A stretch of 64,000 nt of DNA from the human T2T-CHM13v2.0 reference genome, Homo sapiens (GCF_009914755.1 NC_060928.1); one strand, 5' to 3'; shown: positions 18,800-33,027, counted from the stretch's first letter. Made by a program: numbers and translations. Notes: generated by a model from the letters alone, not told the origin.

Positions 18800-19735
18800 A
18801 ACTGAAAGTAACACCTCCTTCCAGTGTCCTGATAATAGCATGCTATTCCCATTACTATAGCACTTACCAAATTTTGTATTGTAATTTAATTGTAATTCCT
18901 GTATTTCTCTCCACTGAAGAAAACTGCTTGATGATAAGGACCTTCACTTATTTATGTTCAAATTGCCAAGAATGACTCCAAACAAATAATTGTTGAACTA
19001 CAAGTAGTCCTCATTCACTCTTTCATTCACTCATTCATTTTGTACCTATATTGTAAGTGACGACTATGTAACAGGCACAGTTCTATGGGCTGGTGAAATA
19101 GCCGTGAAGAAAACAGACCAACAGCTCTGCATGATGGAGCTTACATTCTACCTATTCCACCTGGGTGGGAGAGATCATGCATAGAAGGCAATAAATGCTT
19201 TGGAAAAAAAGCAGAAGCCAGGTAAGAAATACAGGAAGTATGGGGAGATGGGGTGTAATTTTAAACAGGATAAACAGGGCAGGCTTCACTAAGAAGGCAG
19301 AGGGGGTGGGCCCTGTGAATACCTAGGGGAAGAACATTAAGGGCACAGTGAAGGGCAAAAGTAAAGGCCCTGACTCCCACAGATCTGCTATTCCAGGTTC
19401 AGAAAGAAGCCCGCTGTAGCCAGAGCAAGAGAAATCAGGAGCAAGGAGAATTGTAGGTGATGAAGTCAAAGTTACCAAGAAGATATTATGTATCTTGTTG
19501 ACCATGTAAGGACTTTGTCATTTACATGGGAATAAAACACTGAGTGTTCATTTTCTTCTAAGATCAAGTGTATAAAATAATGGTATAGTTTATTTTGGAG
19601 TGTGGCTTGAGAGAAAACATTTTGAGCAGAGGAGTAACTAATTTGATTTTTATTTTCCCAGGATCACACTCTCAAGGTTGTTGAAGGAGATTGCAAGGTA
19701 CAAGGACAGAAGGGAAACTCGCTTGGAGGCTATTA
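18800..19735. mobile_element. L2 fragments
   Basis: L2 3'-end motifs cattcactcattcattt, atggagcttacattcta and ggcaggcttcactaagaagg. Confidence 0.65.
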
Positions 19736-19738
19736 TAT

Positions 19739-20182
19739 ATACATAATAAATAAGTAAATTACATATATATATATGTATCGCCTCCCAGCAATTCTATTTA
19801 TATAAAATATATTTTATGTAAATAAAATATAACTCATAGGGCTTATTTAATATTTAATATATAAATAATATCTATATTATATATATAAACAATATATCTA
19901 TTGTTTTTGAGACAAGGTCTCACAGTTAGTCACTAGGCTAGAGTGCCACGGGACAATCACAGCTCACTGCAGCCTCACCCTCACGGGCTCAGGTAATCCT
20001 CCCACCTCAGCCTCCAAGTAGCTAGGACTACAGGTGCATGCCACCACACTCAGCGAGTTTTTGGCATTTTTTGTGGAGACGGGGCTTCGCCATCCTGCCC
20101 AGTCTGGTCTTGAACTCCTGGACTCAAGCAATCTGGCGGCCTCAGCCTCCCAAAACACAGGCATGCACCACTGTGCCCAGCC
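19739..20182 (-). mobile_element. AluJ (body ~19904-20182) with a long AT-rich tail region
   Basis: Divergent Alu body; candidate TSD gaggctattatat at 19726-19738 and 20184-20196. Confidence 0.85.
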
Positions 20183-20321
20183 AGAGGCTATTATATTAAC
20201 AAAGGAGAGTGATGATGGTGGCCTGGGTAAAGATCGTAGCAGTAAAAGTAGTAACAGTTCATCAGTTTCTAGATAGATTTGTAAGTTGCAGACAATAGAA
20301 TCCATTGACAATCGGATATAG

Positions 20322-20522
20322 CAGGGGTAACCAAGGAGAAAATACAGTCATGGGTTCTTAGTTTCTGTTTCTGGTTGGGCCAAGAAAGGGCCTTCCCCAT
20401 CCCTCTTTTCTGCTTATCACTAGAGAGAGAAACTAAAAACCATGGCTTCAAGCTGCTAAAAGCCTAAAGCAAAAAAAAAAAACCAATAACAACAACAAAA
20501 TAAGACAGGTTGGACAAGCTTG
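20322..20522 (-). mobile_element. hAT-Charlie MITE, MER30B-like
   Basis: Ends caggggtaaccaa ... ggttggacaagcttg; perfect 8-bp TSD ggatatag (20314-20321 and 20523-20530), the hAT hallmark. Confidence 0.88.
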
Positions 20523-20699
20523 GGATATAGTAAAGGTTGCAAAAAATACGGGAAAACTGTGAGGTGAAGAGAGACAGACAAAGATGGGGGACGGTAGAGA
20601 AGGAAACAACCTAACTAATCATGTTTTATTTGCAACAAGTTACTTAAGGTTTTGTGGGGTTGGAAAGACATATATTGAATGCCTATAATATGCCATAAA

Positions 20700-20900
20700 A
20701 TATTTTCAGAATTTTACCTGAGTTAAATCTTTTAACATTTATATCAACTCTGCGAGGCAGATGCTGTGATTATTTTCACTTTGCAGATTGTGAAACAGAC
20801 ACAAAGAAGTTAAGGAACATATTTAGAATCTCTTAGCTGGTATTTTGCACTGTGAGGATTCAAGCCTAAAAACCCTACCTCCAGAACCTGTACATTCGAA
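20700..20900. mobile_element. MIR SINE fragment (others near 21770-21930, 36650-36770, 47330-47460)
   Basis: cactttgcagattgtgaaacagacacaaagaagttaagg MIR core. Confidence 0.6.
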
Positions 20901-20988
20901 CATTAGATGATATCTGATATTGTTTATTTTCCTGAAATTATATTATTTCTTTTTTTTTTACAAAATTAGTTCACTGTAACTATAGCTA

Positions 20989-21035
20989 TGTATACACACA
21001 CACACACACACACGCACACACGCGCGCGCGCGTGC
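20989..21035. repeat. (CA)n-(CG)n alternating purine-pyrimidine microsatellite
   Basis: tgtatacacacacacacacacacacgcacacacgcgcgcgcgcgtgc read directly. Confidence 0.95.
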
Positions 21036-21060
21036 CTCTGAGTTGAAAACAAAGATACAA

Positions 21061-21074
21061 GCGCCATCTACTGG
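21061..21074 (-). promoter_or_regulatory. Candidate CTCF binding motif
   Basis: The reverse complement CCAGTAGATGGCGC is a 14/14 match to CCASYAGRKGGCRS. Confidence 0.6.
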
Positions 21075-22315
21075 CACTACTAATCTCAGTCTACAATTCA
21101 GCATTAGTACAAAAATATCATATGTAAAGGGAAGAAATATGTTGTGATACATGTGTAGGGTGGGAGTAGTGATCAAATAAATGTGACTAAAGGTTAAATA
21201 ACAAACTTTTGCAATGCTTGCATAGTCTTCAGCTTGAACATTGCCTTTTTTATCCTTTACCAAGTTTTTCTTTATCCACATTCATCCATTATTCTTTCAT
21301 TTGCTTATACATTCATGTATGTATTATTTATAAGCTGTACTCCACATATTTTGTGCACTCAGTACTTTGCTAGAGCTAGATGCTGAATTTTGAAGAATTT
21401 GTGAGAAAGTCCATGTCCTGATAGACTTTTGGGGGAAATATGCACATATATTTATCATATAATGTGGTCACTGAAATATAATAAACGCAAAGATAAAGCA
21501 GTGGTGGCCAGGAAGTAATCAATTTCACTTAGGGATAGAAGAAGGCCCATGGAAGAGATGATCATTTTAATTTTTCTACCTTTCTATCAACTGTCAAGTG
21601 CCACTATCCTGTAGAGATAAAAGTATATTGAATTGATCCATTTGCATTCAAACCTTCAACGCATTGCCACAAGATTTATTTTAAAATGCCTAAAATGTGC
21701 CACAGGTACCACCTATTTGCTATGTTCATCACTTTGGTCGCATATAATTAGTGGCTTCCTATGGTGCTAGCTATGTCACCTTTGTGTGCCTGATTTTCTT
21801 ATCTACATAGTGGAATGAATACAGTTCCTAACTCACAGGGTTGTTGTAATAAATTATTACAGTTATTCTAATATTCAGAATACCATCTGACAAATATTAA
21901 GTATTCAGTAAATGCTAGTTGTTATGATAATCATCACATTCTTCTGCCTGGCCTACTCAACTTTCCATTATTAGGGCCTCATGGTATACCCTTTGCACTA
22001 CAAGGACATCCAAAGTCTCTTTTGAAATATTCAGATTTCAAATCAACCCAGCATTTACTGAAGGCTAGCTGTATACTTCACAGGCACGTTTCACTCTACC
22101 CAGAACAGTACCTTCTCTGTCCTGAAACATTATTTATTGTTGGTATCTCCTAAGCCTTTGCCTGATCAAATCCCACTTTATCTTTCAAAGCTCACCTCAC
22201 AACTACGCTTTCCACGAACCTTCATTTTATGAATAATATCTCTAATTTATACATTCGTACAATTCTGTAAGTTTCAAAGCCTTGCCCTTATATTGCCTCT
22301 CTTGTTGGCCCTTAG

Positions 22316-23508
22316 TAATATATATATTATATTATATGTATTACATTATATATAATATATTATATATTATATAATGTATTATATATTATATTGAATGTAT
22401 TATATATTATATATATTATATTATACATTATATTATATATAATTATATATAATTATAAATTATATATTATAAAATATATAATTATATAATATATAATTAT
22501 ATATTATAAATATATATAATTATATAATATATAATTATATATTATAAATATATATAATTATATAATATATAATTATATATTATAAATATATATAATTATA
22601 TAATATATAATTATATATTATAAATATATATAATTATATAATATATAATTATATATTATAAATATATATAATTATATAATATATAATTATATATTATAAA
22701 TATATATAATTATATATAATTATACATTATATAGTATATTATATATAATTATATATTATAAAATATATAATATATTATAAATGTATAATATATAATATAA
22801 TATATTATATATCATATATGATATATTATATAATATATTATATATCATATATGATATATGATATATAATATATGATATATCATATATGATATATTATATA
22901 TTATATATAATATAATATATAATATATCATATATGATATATTATATATTATATGTTATATATATGATATAGCATATATTATATTATATGATATATCATAT
23001 ATTATATATAATTTATATTACATGTTATATATAATATATTATATATAGTATTATATTATATATTATATATTATATATCATATATTATATATATTATATAT
23101 AATATTTATTATATATAAATATTATATTTATTTATATTTATATATATTATATATAAAAATAATATATATTATATATAATATATATATTATATTATATATT
23201 ATATATTATATATATATTATATTATATATTATATATTATATATATATTATATATAATATATATTATATTATATGTAATATTATGTATTATATTATATATA
23301 ATAGTATATATTATATATAATGTATATATTATATATAATAGTATATATTATATTATATATAATAGTATATATAATATATAATATATTATATAGTATATAT
23401 GTTATATAATATATTATATAGTATATATAATATAATTAATATATAATATATTATATAGTATATAGTATATATTACATATACTATATAATATATAATTTTA
23501 TATATATA
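22316..23508. repeat. ~1.2-kb near-pure A/T low-complexity tract containing a 38-bp VNTR (~6 copies, ~22468-22715)
   Basis: Unit tataaatatatataattatataatatataattatatat; tataaa recurs at 22505, 22543, 22581, 22619, 22657 and 22695. Confidence 0.95.
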
Positions 23509-23516
23509 GTAGGTGA

Positions 23517-23857
<341 letters not shown>

Positions 23858-24277
23858 CCTATTTCTTGTTTTTATCCATCTTGGTGATGTTTGGCTGGAG
23901 TAAAGGGACAAACACCTGGCCTCCAAACAGGAGACTCTATTAATTTTGAATAATTTTACAAACTCTTCCTCTTACCTAGGATTCTCATGTCACCTCTATC
24001 CTCAGGCTTATTAAAAAATCATTCCTCTAGGGCACCAATATTAATGATGAAGTTCATATTTTTTCTAAGGTACACTAGCGTGGAAAAAATGCTAAAACTA
24101 CTAAATTACCTGATAAATAACTTGAAACCAGTGATCTAGTGGTATGGCATATAAATTTAAAGTAGTGAATAAATTGAAGACTTTGAAAATACATTATAGA
24201 TGCCAAAATAACATTTTAAAATTAAAAATTCACAATATTGAGTACAATTTCTATAAAATAAACTTTATTTATGTTAA

Positions 24278-24617
<340 letters not shown>

Positions 24618-25841
24618 AGTATAGAGCATTTCTAATACCTCCAGACTTTGTGTCTGCTCCTTTGCAGCCCATCTCCTGACATCCTCCTGCTGAAAGAAAC
24701 CACTGATCTGCTTTCTACTTGTCCTTATAGATGAATTTTTGCTATTTCTAGAATTTAATATAAATGTAATCATGTCATATGTGCTCTTTTATGTCTAGAT
24801 TCATTTTCTCAGAATAATGTTTTTAAGGTTCACTTGTGAAGCTATGTGTATTCTTTTATTGCTATTTTTCTAGTGCATATATATACCAATATTTGTTTAT
24901 TCATTCACCTGTTGATGGATATTCATTTTCAATTTGGGATTATTATGAATAAATGTGCTATAAATATTCCTGTTCTTTGGGTTTATAAATGTTCATTTTT
25001 GTTGGTTAATAGGAATGCATTTGATGGATTGTTTTTAAATATATGTTTAAACTCATGAGAAACTACAAAAGAGTTTGCTAACGTGGTTGCAATATATTAC
25101 ATTCTGATCAGTGATGACAGTTCCAAATGATCCACATCCTCACCAACACCTGGTATTATCAGTCTTTTAATTTTAGCTGCTCTAGAGAATATGTGGTGGT
25201 ATCTCATGATGGTTCTAATTTCCATTAGTGTCATGACTAATGTTTTAAGCATGAAAACATTTAAACATTCCACAGGCTTATTCCCAGTTTGTAAGTTTTA
25301 TTTGGTGAAGTTCTAGTTGAAAGGTCTTGTCCATGTTTTCATCAGAATGTCTTAACTGGGTTTTAAGAGATTCTTGTATCTTCTGGGCACAAATCTTTTG
25401 TCAAATATGTGAAGTGACAACTGTGGTTCTCTTTTACTTTCTTCAAAGTTCCTTACAAAAATTTAAGGTTTTTATTTCAAAGAAGTTAAATTCATCATTT
25501 TTTCATATATTGTTTATTCTTTTATGTATCATGTAAGAATTTTTTGTCTACACCAAGTGGCAAAGATTTGTTCTGGTACTTTCTTCTAGAAGATTTAGTT
25601 TTGGCTTTTCTTTTTAAGTATATAGCTCTAGTACAAATTGAAATAGAATATATCAGTAAGAGCAGACATCCTTGCCTTGTTCTCAATCTTAGAGGATAAG
25701 CATTTAGTTTTTCACTGGTATCCTCTTCCCTGTAGAAATTTTGTAAATGCCCTCTATCAGTTTGAGAAAGATTCCTTCTTTCTTTGCTAAGAATTTTTTT
25801 ATTATGATTATGTGCTAAATATTCTCAAATGCTTTTGCTAC

Positions 25842-26187
25842 ATTAGTTGGTTTAGATATGTGTCCTCTCCAAATGTCATGTTGAAATGTGATCTCCAGTG
25901 CTGGAGGTGGGCCTGAAGATAGGTGTTTGGGTCATGGGAGCGGATTCCTCATGAAGAGCTCTTTCCATGAGTAATATGTTCCCCTTAAAGAGCCTGGCAG
26001 CTCCTCCCTCCAGCTCTTGCTCCCCCTTTGCCTTCTGCCATGATTGTAAGCTTCTTGAAGCCTCATGAGAAGCAGATACTGGTGCCATGCTTCTTGTACA
26101 GCTTGCAGAACCATGAGACAATTAAACCTCTTTGTAAATTACCCAGCCACAGGTTTTTCTTTATGGCAACACAAAGTGGACTAACAC
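25842..26187 (+). mobile_element. MaLR solo LTR, MSTB-like
   Basis: ccaaatgtcatgttgaaatgtgatctccagtgctggaggtggg...ggactaacac; 5-bp TSD gctac. Confidence 0.85.
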
Positions 26188-27103
26188 GCTACTTCTATTG
26201 ATATCATCATATAGCTTTCCTCCTTATACTGCTAAAATGGAAATTTACATTGATTAATTTTCAAATGCAAACCAACCTTGCATTCCTGGGATAAACCCTA
26301 CTTGCTCGTTAGGTGTCATTCTTTTTCTGTGTTACTAGATGTGCTTTATAAATATTTGAATACACATGTTTGTGTCTAGGTTTATAAGGGATATCAGTGT
26401 GCAATTTTCTTATGAAGTTTTTATTTTAATTTTTGTATTACAGCAATACTGGCCAGATAAGGTAAATTGAGAAATCTTCTATCATCCACTAATTTCTTCA
26501 ATATTTTGTATAGGATTTACTTTACCCCTTCCATAAGGGCTTGATAGATTACATTAGTGATTCCACCTGGGTCTAGAGATAGGCGGGAGCATTAACTACA
26601 AATTCAATTTCTTTAATTAACATTGGGAAATCTAAATTTTCTATTTATGCTTGAGCCTATTTTGGTAATTTGTATTTGTCATGGAATTTGTCCATTTCAA
26701 CTAAATTTTAAAATATAGTGGCAGAAATTTGTTTATAATAGTCTCTTTTTACCCCTTAGTGTCTACAGTATACATACACATAACTCTTACACTTCCAATA
26801 TTGGTATTTTGTATTTTCTCTCTTGTTATAATGCTTTTATCTACTAAAAAAGAAAATCCACAGTGTATGAAAGGTGGTGTTGGATTATGCCAAATAATAA
26901 AATGAAAATTAGGACTATTTTGTAGTTATTTCAATGTGGAATCTTTTACTTGAATTCCAGTATTGAACCACCTCAGAACCAAAGTATTGCATGTTTTTAA
27001 GTAAAACTGAATATGCTTTACACAGTTTAGTGAGAGACCATTTTAAACACCGTTCAGATTTCTTGGTAACCCTACAGAAAATAAATTGAGCGTATATATA
27101 TTT

Positions 27104-28941
27104 TTTCCCTCAAATGTTATTTTAAGTTCAGGGATACGTGTGCAGAATATGCAGGTTTATTTCACAGGTAAACATGTGCCATGGTGGTTTGTTGCACCTA
27201 TCAACCTATAACCTAGATATTAAGCCCATTATCCATTAGCTATTCTTCCTGATGTTCTCCCTCCCTGCTTGCCCCCGCCCCCAACAGGCCCAGTGTGTGT
27301 TGTTCTCCTCCATGTGTCCATGTGTTCTCATCATTCAGCTCCTACTTGTAAGTGAAACATACAGTGTTTGATTTTCTGTTCTTGTGTTACTTTGCAGAGG
27401 ATAATGGCTTCCAACTATCCATGTCCCTGAAAAGGACATAATCTCATCCCTTTTTAATAGCTGCATAGTATTCCATGGCATATATGTACCACATTTTCTT
27501 TATCCAGTCTATCATTGGGCATTTAGGCTGATTATGTATCTTTGCTATTGTGAATAGTGCTGCGATGAACATACACATGCATGTATCTTTATAATATTAA
27601 TATAATGGTTTTTATTCCTTTGGGCATATAGCCAGTAATGAGATTGCTGGGTCAAATAGTATTTCTGCCTCTAGGTCTTTGAGGAATCACCACACTGTCT
27701 TCCACAACGGTTGAACTGATTTACACTCCCAGAGTGTAAAAATGTTCCTTTTTGTCCACAACCTCACCAACATCTGTGGTTTCTTGACTTTTTAGTAATC
27801 ACCCTTCTGACTGGGGTGAAACAATATCTCACTGTGGTTTTGATTTGTATTTCTCTAATAATCAGTGATGTTAAGCTTCTTTCCATGTGTTTGTTGGCTG
27901 CATGTCTGTCTTCTTTTGAGAAGTGTCTGTTCATATTTTTCCCACTTTTTAATGGGGTTGTTTGTTTCCTGTAAATTTGCTTAAGTTCTTCTTAGACTCA
28001 CTCTGGTTATTAGACCTTTGTCCCATGGATAGATTGCAAAAACTTTCTCCCATTCTATAGGCTGTCTGTTCACTCTGATGATAGTTTCTTTTGCTGTGCA
28101 GAGGCTCTTTAGTTTAATTAGATTCCATTTGTCAATTTTTGCTTTTGTTGCAGTTGCTTTTGGAGTTTTCATCATGAAATATTTGCCTGTGCCTATGTCC
28201 TCAATGGTATTGCCTAGATTTTCTTCTAGGTTTTTTATAGTTTTGGGTTTTACATTTAAGTCTTTAATTCATCTTGAGTTAATTTTTGTATATGGCATAA
28301 GGAAGGTATACAGTTTCAGTTTTCTGCATATAACTAGACACTTCTCCCAGCACCATTTATTAAATAGAGAATCTTTTCCCCATTGCTTATTTTTGTCAGG
28401 TTTGTCAAAGATCAGATGGTTGTAGCTATGTGGTCTTATTTCTGAGTTTTCTAGTCTGTTCCATTGGTCTGTGTGTCTGTTCTTGTACCAGTACCATGCT
28501 GTTTTGATTACTGTAGCCTTGTATTATAGTTTGCAGTTGGGTAGTGTGATGCGTCCAGCTTTGTTCTTTTTGCTTAGGATTGACTTGGCTATTCAGGCTC
28601 TTTTTTTGGTTCCATATGAATTTTAAAATAGTTTTTTTTCTAATTCTGTGAAGAACATTAATGGGAGTTTAATGGGGATAGCATTGAATCTATAAATTAC
28701 TTTGAACAATATGGCCATTTTCATGATATTGATTCTTCCTATCCATGAACATGGAATGTTCTTCCATGTGTTTGTGTCATCTCTGATTTCTTTGAGCAGT
28801 GGTTTGTAGCTCTCCTTGAAGAGGTCCTTCAATTCCCTTGTTAGCTGTATCCCTAGGTATTTTATTCCTTTTGTAGCAATTGTGAATTGGAAGTCATTCA
28901 TGATTTGGCTCTTGGCTTGCCTGTTTGTTGTTGTATAGGAA
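27104..28941 (-). mobile_element. 5'-truncated L1PA (ORF2 C-terminus plus 3'UTR)
   Basis: ORF2 peptides [40 protein letters not shown] and [19 protein letters not shown]; TSD gagc(g/a)tatatatattttt. Confidence 0.95.
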
Positions 28942-29581
28942 GAGCATATATATATTTTTAATTCCACTTTACATTTGTAAAATAAAATGCAAAATATTTT
29001 TATGTCTGTTTTCATAGCACATTTAGTATGCATGTATTTCTCTTTAAGTGTTTGACTTTCAATATTTAAAATAATATTGCTTGTTATTTGAAGAAAGTTC
29101 TAAGACTACTTAATTAATTTACATAAGCTGTTTGGCAATAGTATAACCAGGGACTTCTGCTAAAAGAGACTGTTGCAATGATAAAATAAAATAAAGTGCA
29201 TATTTTCTTTAAGGAGTAATGTTTCAGTAATTCCACAAGAAAACTAAAGACCCCCAATTAAATGTTTTTAAGTTTAACTTTTACATATTTTCATAATGAG
29301 ATCAAAAGAGGAGTTGGAGTTTAGGGTCAGAAAAAGAAAATCATTCTATGTTCAAATGTCTACAATGTGCATATGCTATGTCATGCAGGGGTGAGATCAA
29401 ATCAACAATTTTCAAGTTCATCATCTCATGTAATGCATACATATACATGTGAATCAGACTTGTTATGCTGTTATTATTAAATGACATGGAAAAGAAAATA
29501 TTAAAAGACTTTCTGCAATTATCTCATTTCTCTTGCAAATTTGGTAACATATAATAAATATATGTACTTTTTCCTCCACAG

Positions 29582-29695
29582 GACCTGATTGGGGATCTGA
29601 GGGAGCAGCTTTCGGATCACTTCAAAGATGTGATGGCTGGCCTCATGTACCCACCACCACTGTATGATGCTCATGAGCTCTGGCATGCCATGAAG
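29582..29695 (+). CDS. ANXA10: Annexin A10 exon 4 (114 nt): DLIGDLREQLSDHFKDVMAGLMYPPPLYDAHELWHAMK
   Basis: ttcctccacag acceptor and gtagtg donor; in frame with exon 3; typical annexin exon size. Confidence 0.97.
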
Positions 29696-31249
29696 GTAGT
29701 GATCTGATCCAAAAATATGCCTGTAACAAGTACAGGCCAGTATTTCAGTAGAGGGGAAACTGCCCTGTGATGCTCCTACATACTTATATGATCAAGGAGA
29801 GGGGAGGGAATATCTAAACAATGATGTAACAATGGAAATGTTGTGGTCAAGGGCAGTGGCCTTGTTAGGAAGGTGGAGCCTCCTGGGCTGAGTGGCTGGG
29901 ATCAGCCTGTTCTTTTGTTGTACAAAGTCACAAACTTACTGAGCCAGCCCCAGTGCTGACCTACAACAAGGAAAAGTGAACAAGCCTCCAGGGCTATTCA
30001 GATTTGTCCCTGAGCAGGTATTCCTATATTGAGGATAATGTATTAAAAATGATGTGAATCTTGTTACATTATTTGTAAAAATTTGATTAAGTCAAAAGAA
30101 GATATTGAATCAGGGACAATATATAGATGATGTCTTTATATTTTCTTTTTATGACCTGAAGTTCATTCTTTACAGAAACATTTTTTTTTTTGCTCAAATG
30201 TATAAAAATCTTAATTTGGAAGAATTAGAATCAGTGTTTCTTACAGGAAAGTCATTTCCATGAAATAAGTGGACTGTGGATTTGTTACAGATTTTGTTGG
30301 CTAGGTACAGGGAACAAAGAGGGCCTTGGCTTTACTTCTTTCCAAATGCAGATATTAAACACCTGCAGAACTGTTGAAATCATTCCAGTACGATGCTTGC
30401 CAATGACCAGATTACCACAATCTGTGAACAATGTGTGACAGAAAAGAGGCAACAGGAAAAAAATTAAAGGACATGGATTTTGGCCATCACATTTACTGAT
30501 CCAAATAGGCATTGTACAAAAATTATATGAATTTTAACTAATCGCTTTTAACACGTTACATGTCAATTCCTACCTCTTGCAAAATTATGTCTAAAAATTA
30601 TTTAAAAAATAAAGTTATATGTTTATATGTTGCTGTTTTGATTAAACAAGTGTATTTTATCAATAATTCATAGAATGCTAAGGATTTCTGAGGCTTTCCT
30701 AAAAAAGGTGTATTGTCTTTAAGATCTCTTTCACAGACCAATATATCCATGTGTCTGCAAGAGACCACAGAAAACATCCATCCAAATATTTATGCAAATT
30801 GTACAAAATTCCACATCTAGAGAGGCAGGCACAGGTCCCTAAAATATTCTCGGCAAATTAGAAAACCTGTATTCTAATGTCAGCTTGCTAAAGAATTAAT
30901 ATTCCAGCAGCAAATGGAATATCAAATATCATTCCAACAGCAAATGGAAATGCTCAATGCCATGAGCATTGCTTGAACATGTCTTTCTCCACATTGTTTA
31001 GAAATGCTCATACTGTTTTATTCTAAATGAAGAAACAGTTTCCTTCAGATAATATTAATTCTTCAGGGTCAAATAGGTAGTAAATGGCAAAGCTGAAACT
31101 AAGATTGTGCCTGCCTTCATCCTAAACCACTTCCTTTCCCTGCCACCTCTCAAAACACTGGAAATGCTGTATCCCTTTCTTGTACAAAAGGTACACTATT
31201 ACTTCCAATAAAAATATCCTTACATTTATCTCTTTTTTCCTTTCTCTAG

Positions 31250-31340
31250 GGAGTAGGCACTGATGAGAATTGCCTCATTGAAATACTAGCTTCAAGAACA
31301 AATGGAGAAATTTTCCAGATGCGAGAAGCCTACTGCTTGC
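31250..31340 (+). CDS. ANXA10: Annexin A10 exon 5 (91 nt): GVGTDENCLIEILASRTNGEIFQMREAYCL(Q)
   Basis: tttctctag acceptor and gtaagg donor; carries the annexin GxGTDE...IEILASR signature. Confidence 0.98.
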
Positions 31341-32298
31341 GTAAGGAAATATACATATGTGAATATATTTTACACATATAAGAACTTTATAACACATTAA
31401 ATATTCCAGTTTATGTATTTTGAAGAATTATCTAAGACATTCTTACATTTAACATAGGATTCACTGAGGACCAATTAACTCATTAGGTAAAACTGATTAT
31501 TAGTGCACTAAAAATGAAACCATTCTCTAGACAATCAAGTTAAGCAAATTTTCCAGGAAAATAATTACAAGTCTCTATGAGGTGAATGTTTTCATTAAGA
31601 CAGGAAAGTGTCCCACATTTTAATTCAGGGGGCATTTCACCTCTTACCCAGGAAAGACCCAGCATATAGAAAAAATAAGGTACAATAATGGCTCAGTGAA
31701 TTCTACAAATATATCTGCTTCGCTTTACATAAATTTCACATTCCCGTAATCTACTGCAAAATCAGATTTTTATACATTTCAAAAGTAGAAAGGGTAACTA
31801 TTTTCACTTTCAAAAAGGTATAATGCCTTAAGTTCTATTGCGTTATGTAGTATATGACATTGTGTGTCAAGAAAATGTTGCGGACAGTCATCTCTATTGC
31901 ATTCAAACAAAAACAAGACTTTTCTGAAGGGAATGAAGTCAGAACTTTCACTAAAATGTTAAAATGAGATGAAGCACTTAGAAAAAGTATTGGGCTGGGC
32001 AGCATTCTGTGGAAATAGAATGCATAATTCTGAATTTTGAGAATCAGAGAATGTGAAATGGCTCTCAATCCTGTTTTTCAATTTTGGACTAAAGATTTTT
32101 AAAAAATAGTCCTGTGCTTATGTTACCATTAGGTGACAGAATTCTTTGGCAGACGGTTTATTGACAAAGAAATGTCAACAGGTGGACTACATTTCCTGGA
32201 CTTTGTACTCACAACTGGGAAATAACATTAACTTACTCAAAACACACTGATACATAGTTCTATAATAAATCATACCTTTAACATGTTTTCTTATACAG

Positions 32299-32378
32299 AA
32301 TACAGCAATAACCTCCAAGAGGACATTTATTCAGAGACCTCGGGACACTTCAGAGATACTCTCATGAACTTGGTCCAG
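32299..32378 (+). CDS. ANXA10: Annexin A10 exon 6 (80 nt): (Q)YSNNLQEDIYSETSGHFRDTLMNLVQ
   Basis: ttatacag acceptor and gtatgg donor; annexin DIxSETSG motif; frame consistent. Confidence 0.97.
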
Positions 32379-32724
32379 GTATGGCATTCCAAAATTTACA
32401 TTACTTTGCACTATCTAAGCAAATAAGTATATGTCATTGCCAAAAAAAAAAAAAAATAGAACAGAAAACTCCAGTATATTACAGTTCAATAGTAAATTCT
32501 GTGTAGTAACATTTACTGAAGCCATGTTCAAAATACTCAACTAGAAATTTAAGTTGTTAAAGACAAATATGGATAATGCCTCAACTCTATTTTCAAAAAA
32601 TTAAAAATCTATTCTAAAGAGATTATAAATATACATGTATGTATAATTAATTTTATATTCTGAGAAAATTAAAAGATTAAAAATATTACAGTTAAAATTA
32701 ATAATTCTAATTAGAAATAATTTC

Positions 32725-33027
<303 letters not shown>

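Noticed and set aside
22468-22715. Regular 38-bp periodicity (and the 112-bp array at 62.6 kb) as a CRISPR-like array
   Set aside because: The units are head-to-tail with no unique spacers, there are no cas genes, and the context is mammalian
27981-29033. 64-136-aa ORFs
   Set aside because: They are the ORF2 C-terminus of a 5'-truncated L1PA and its antisense frame
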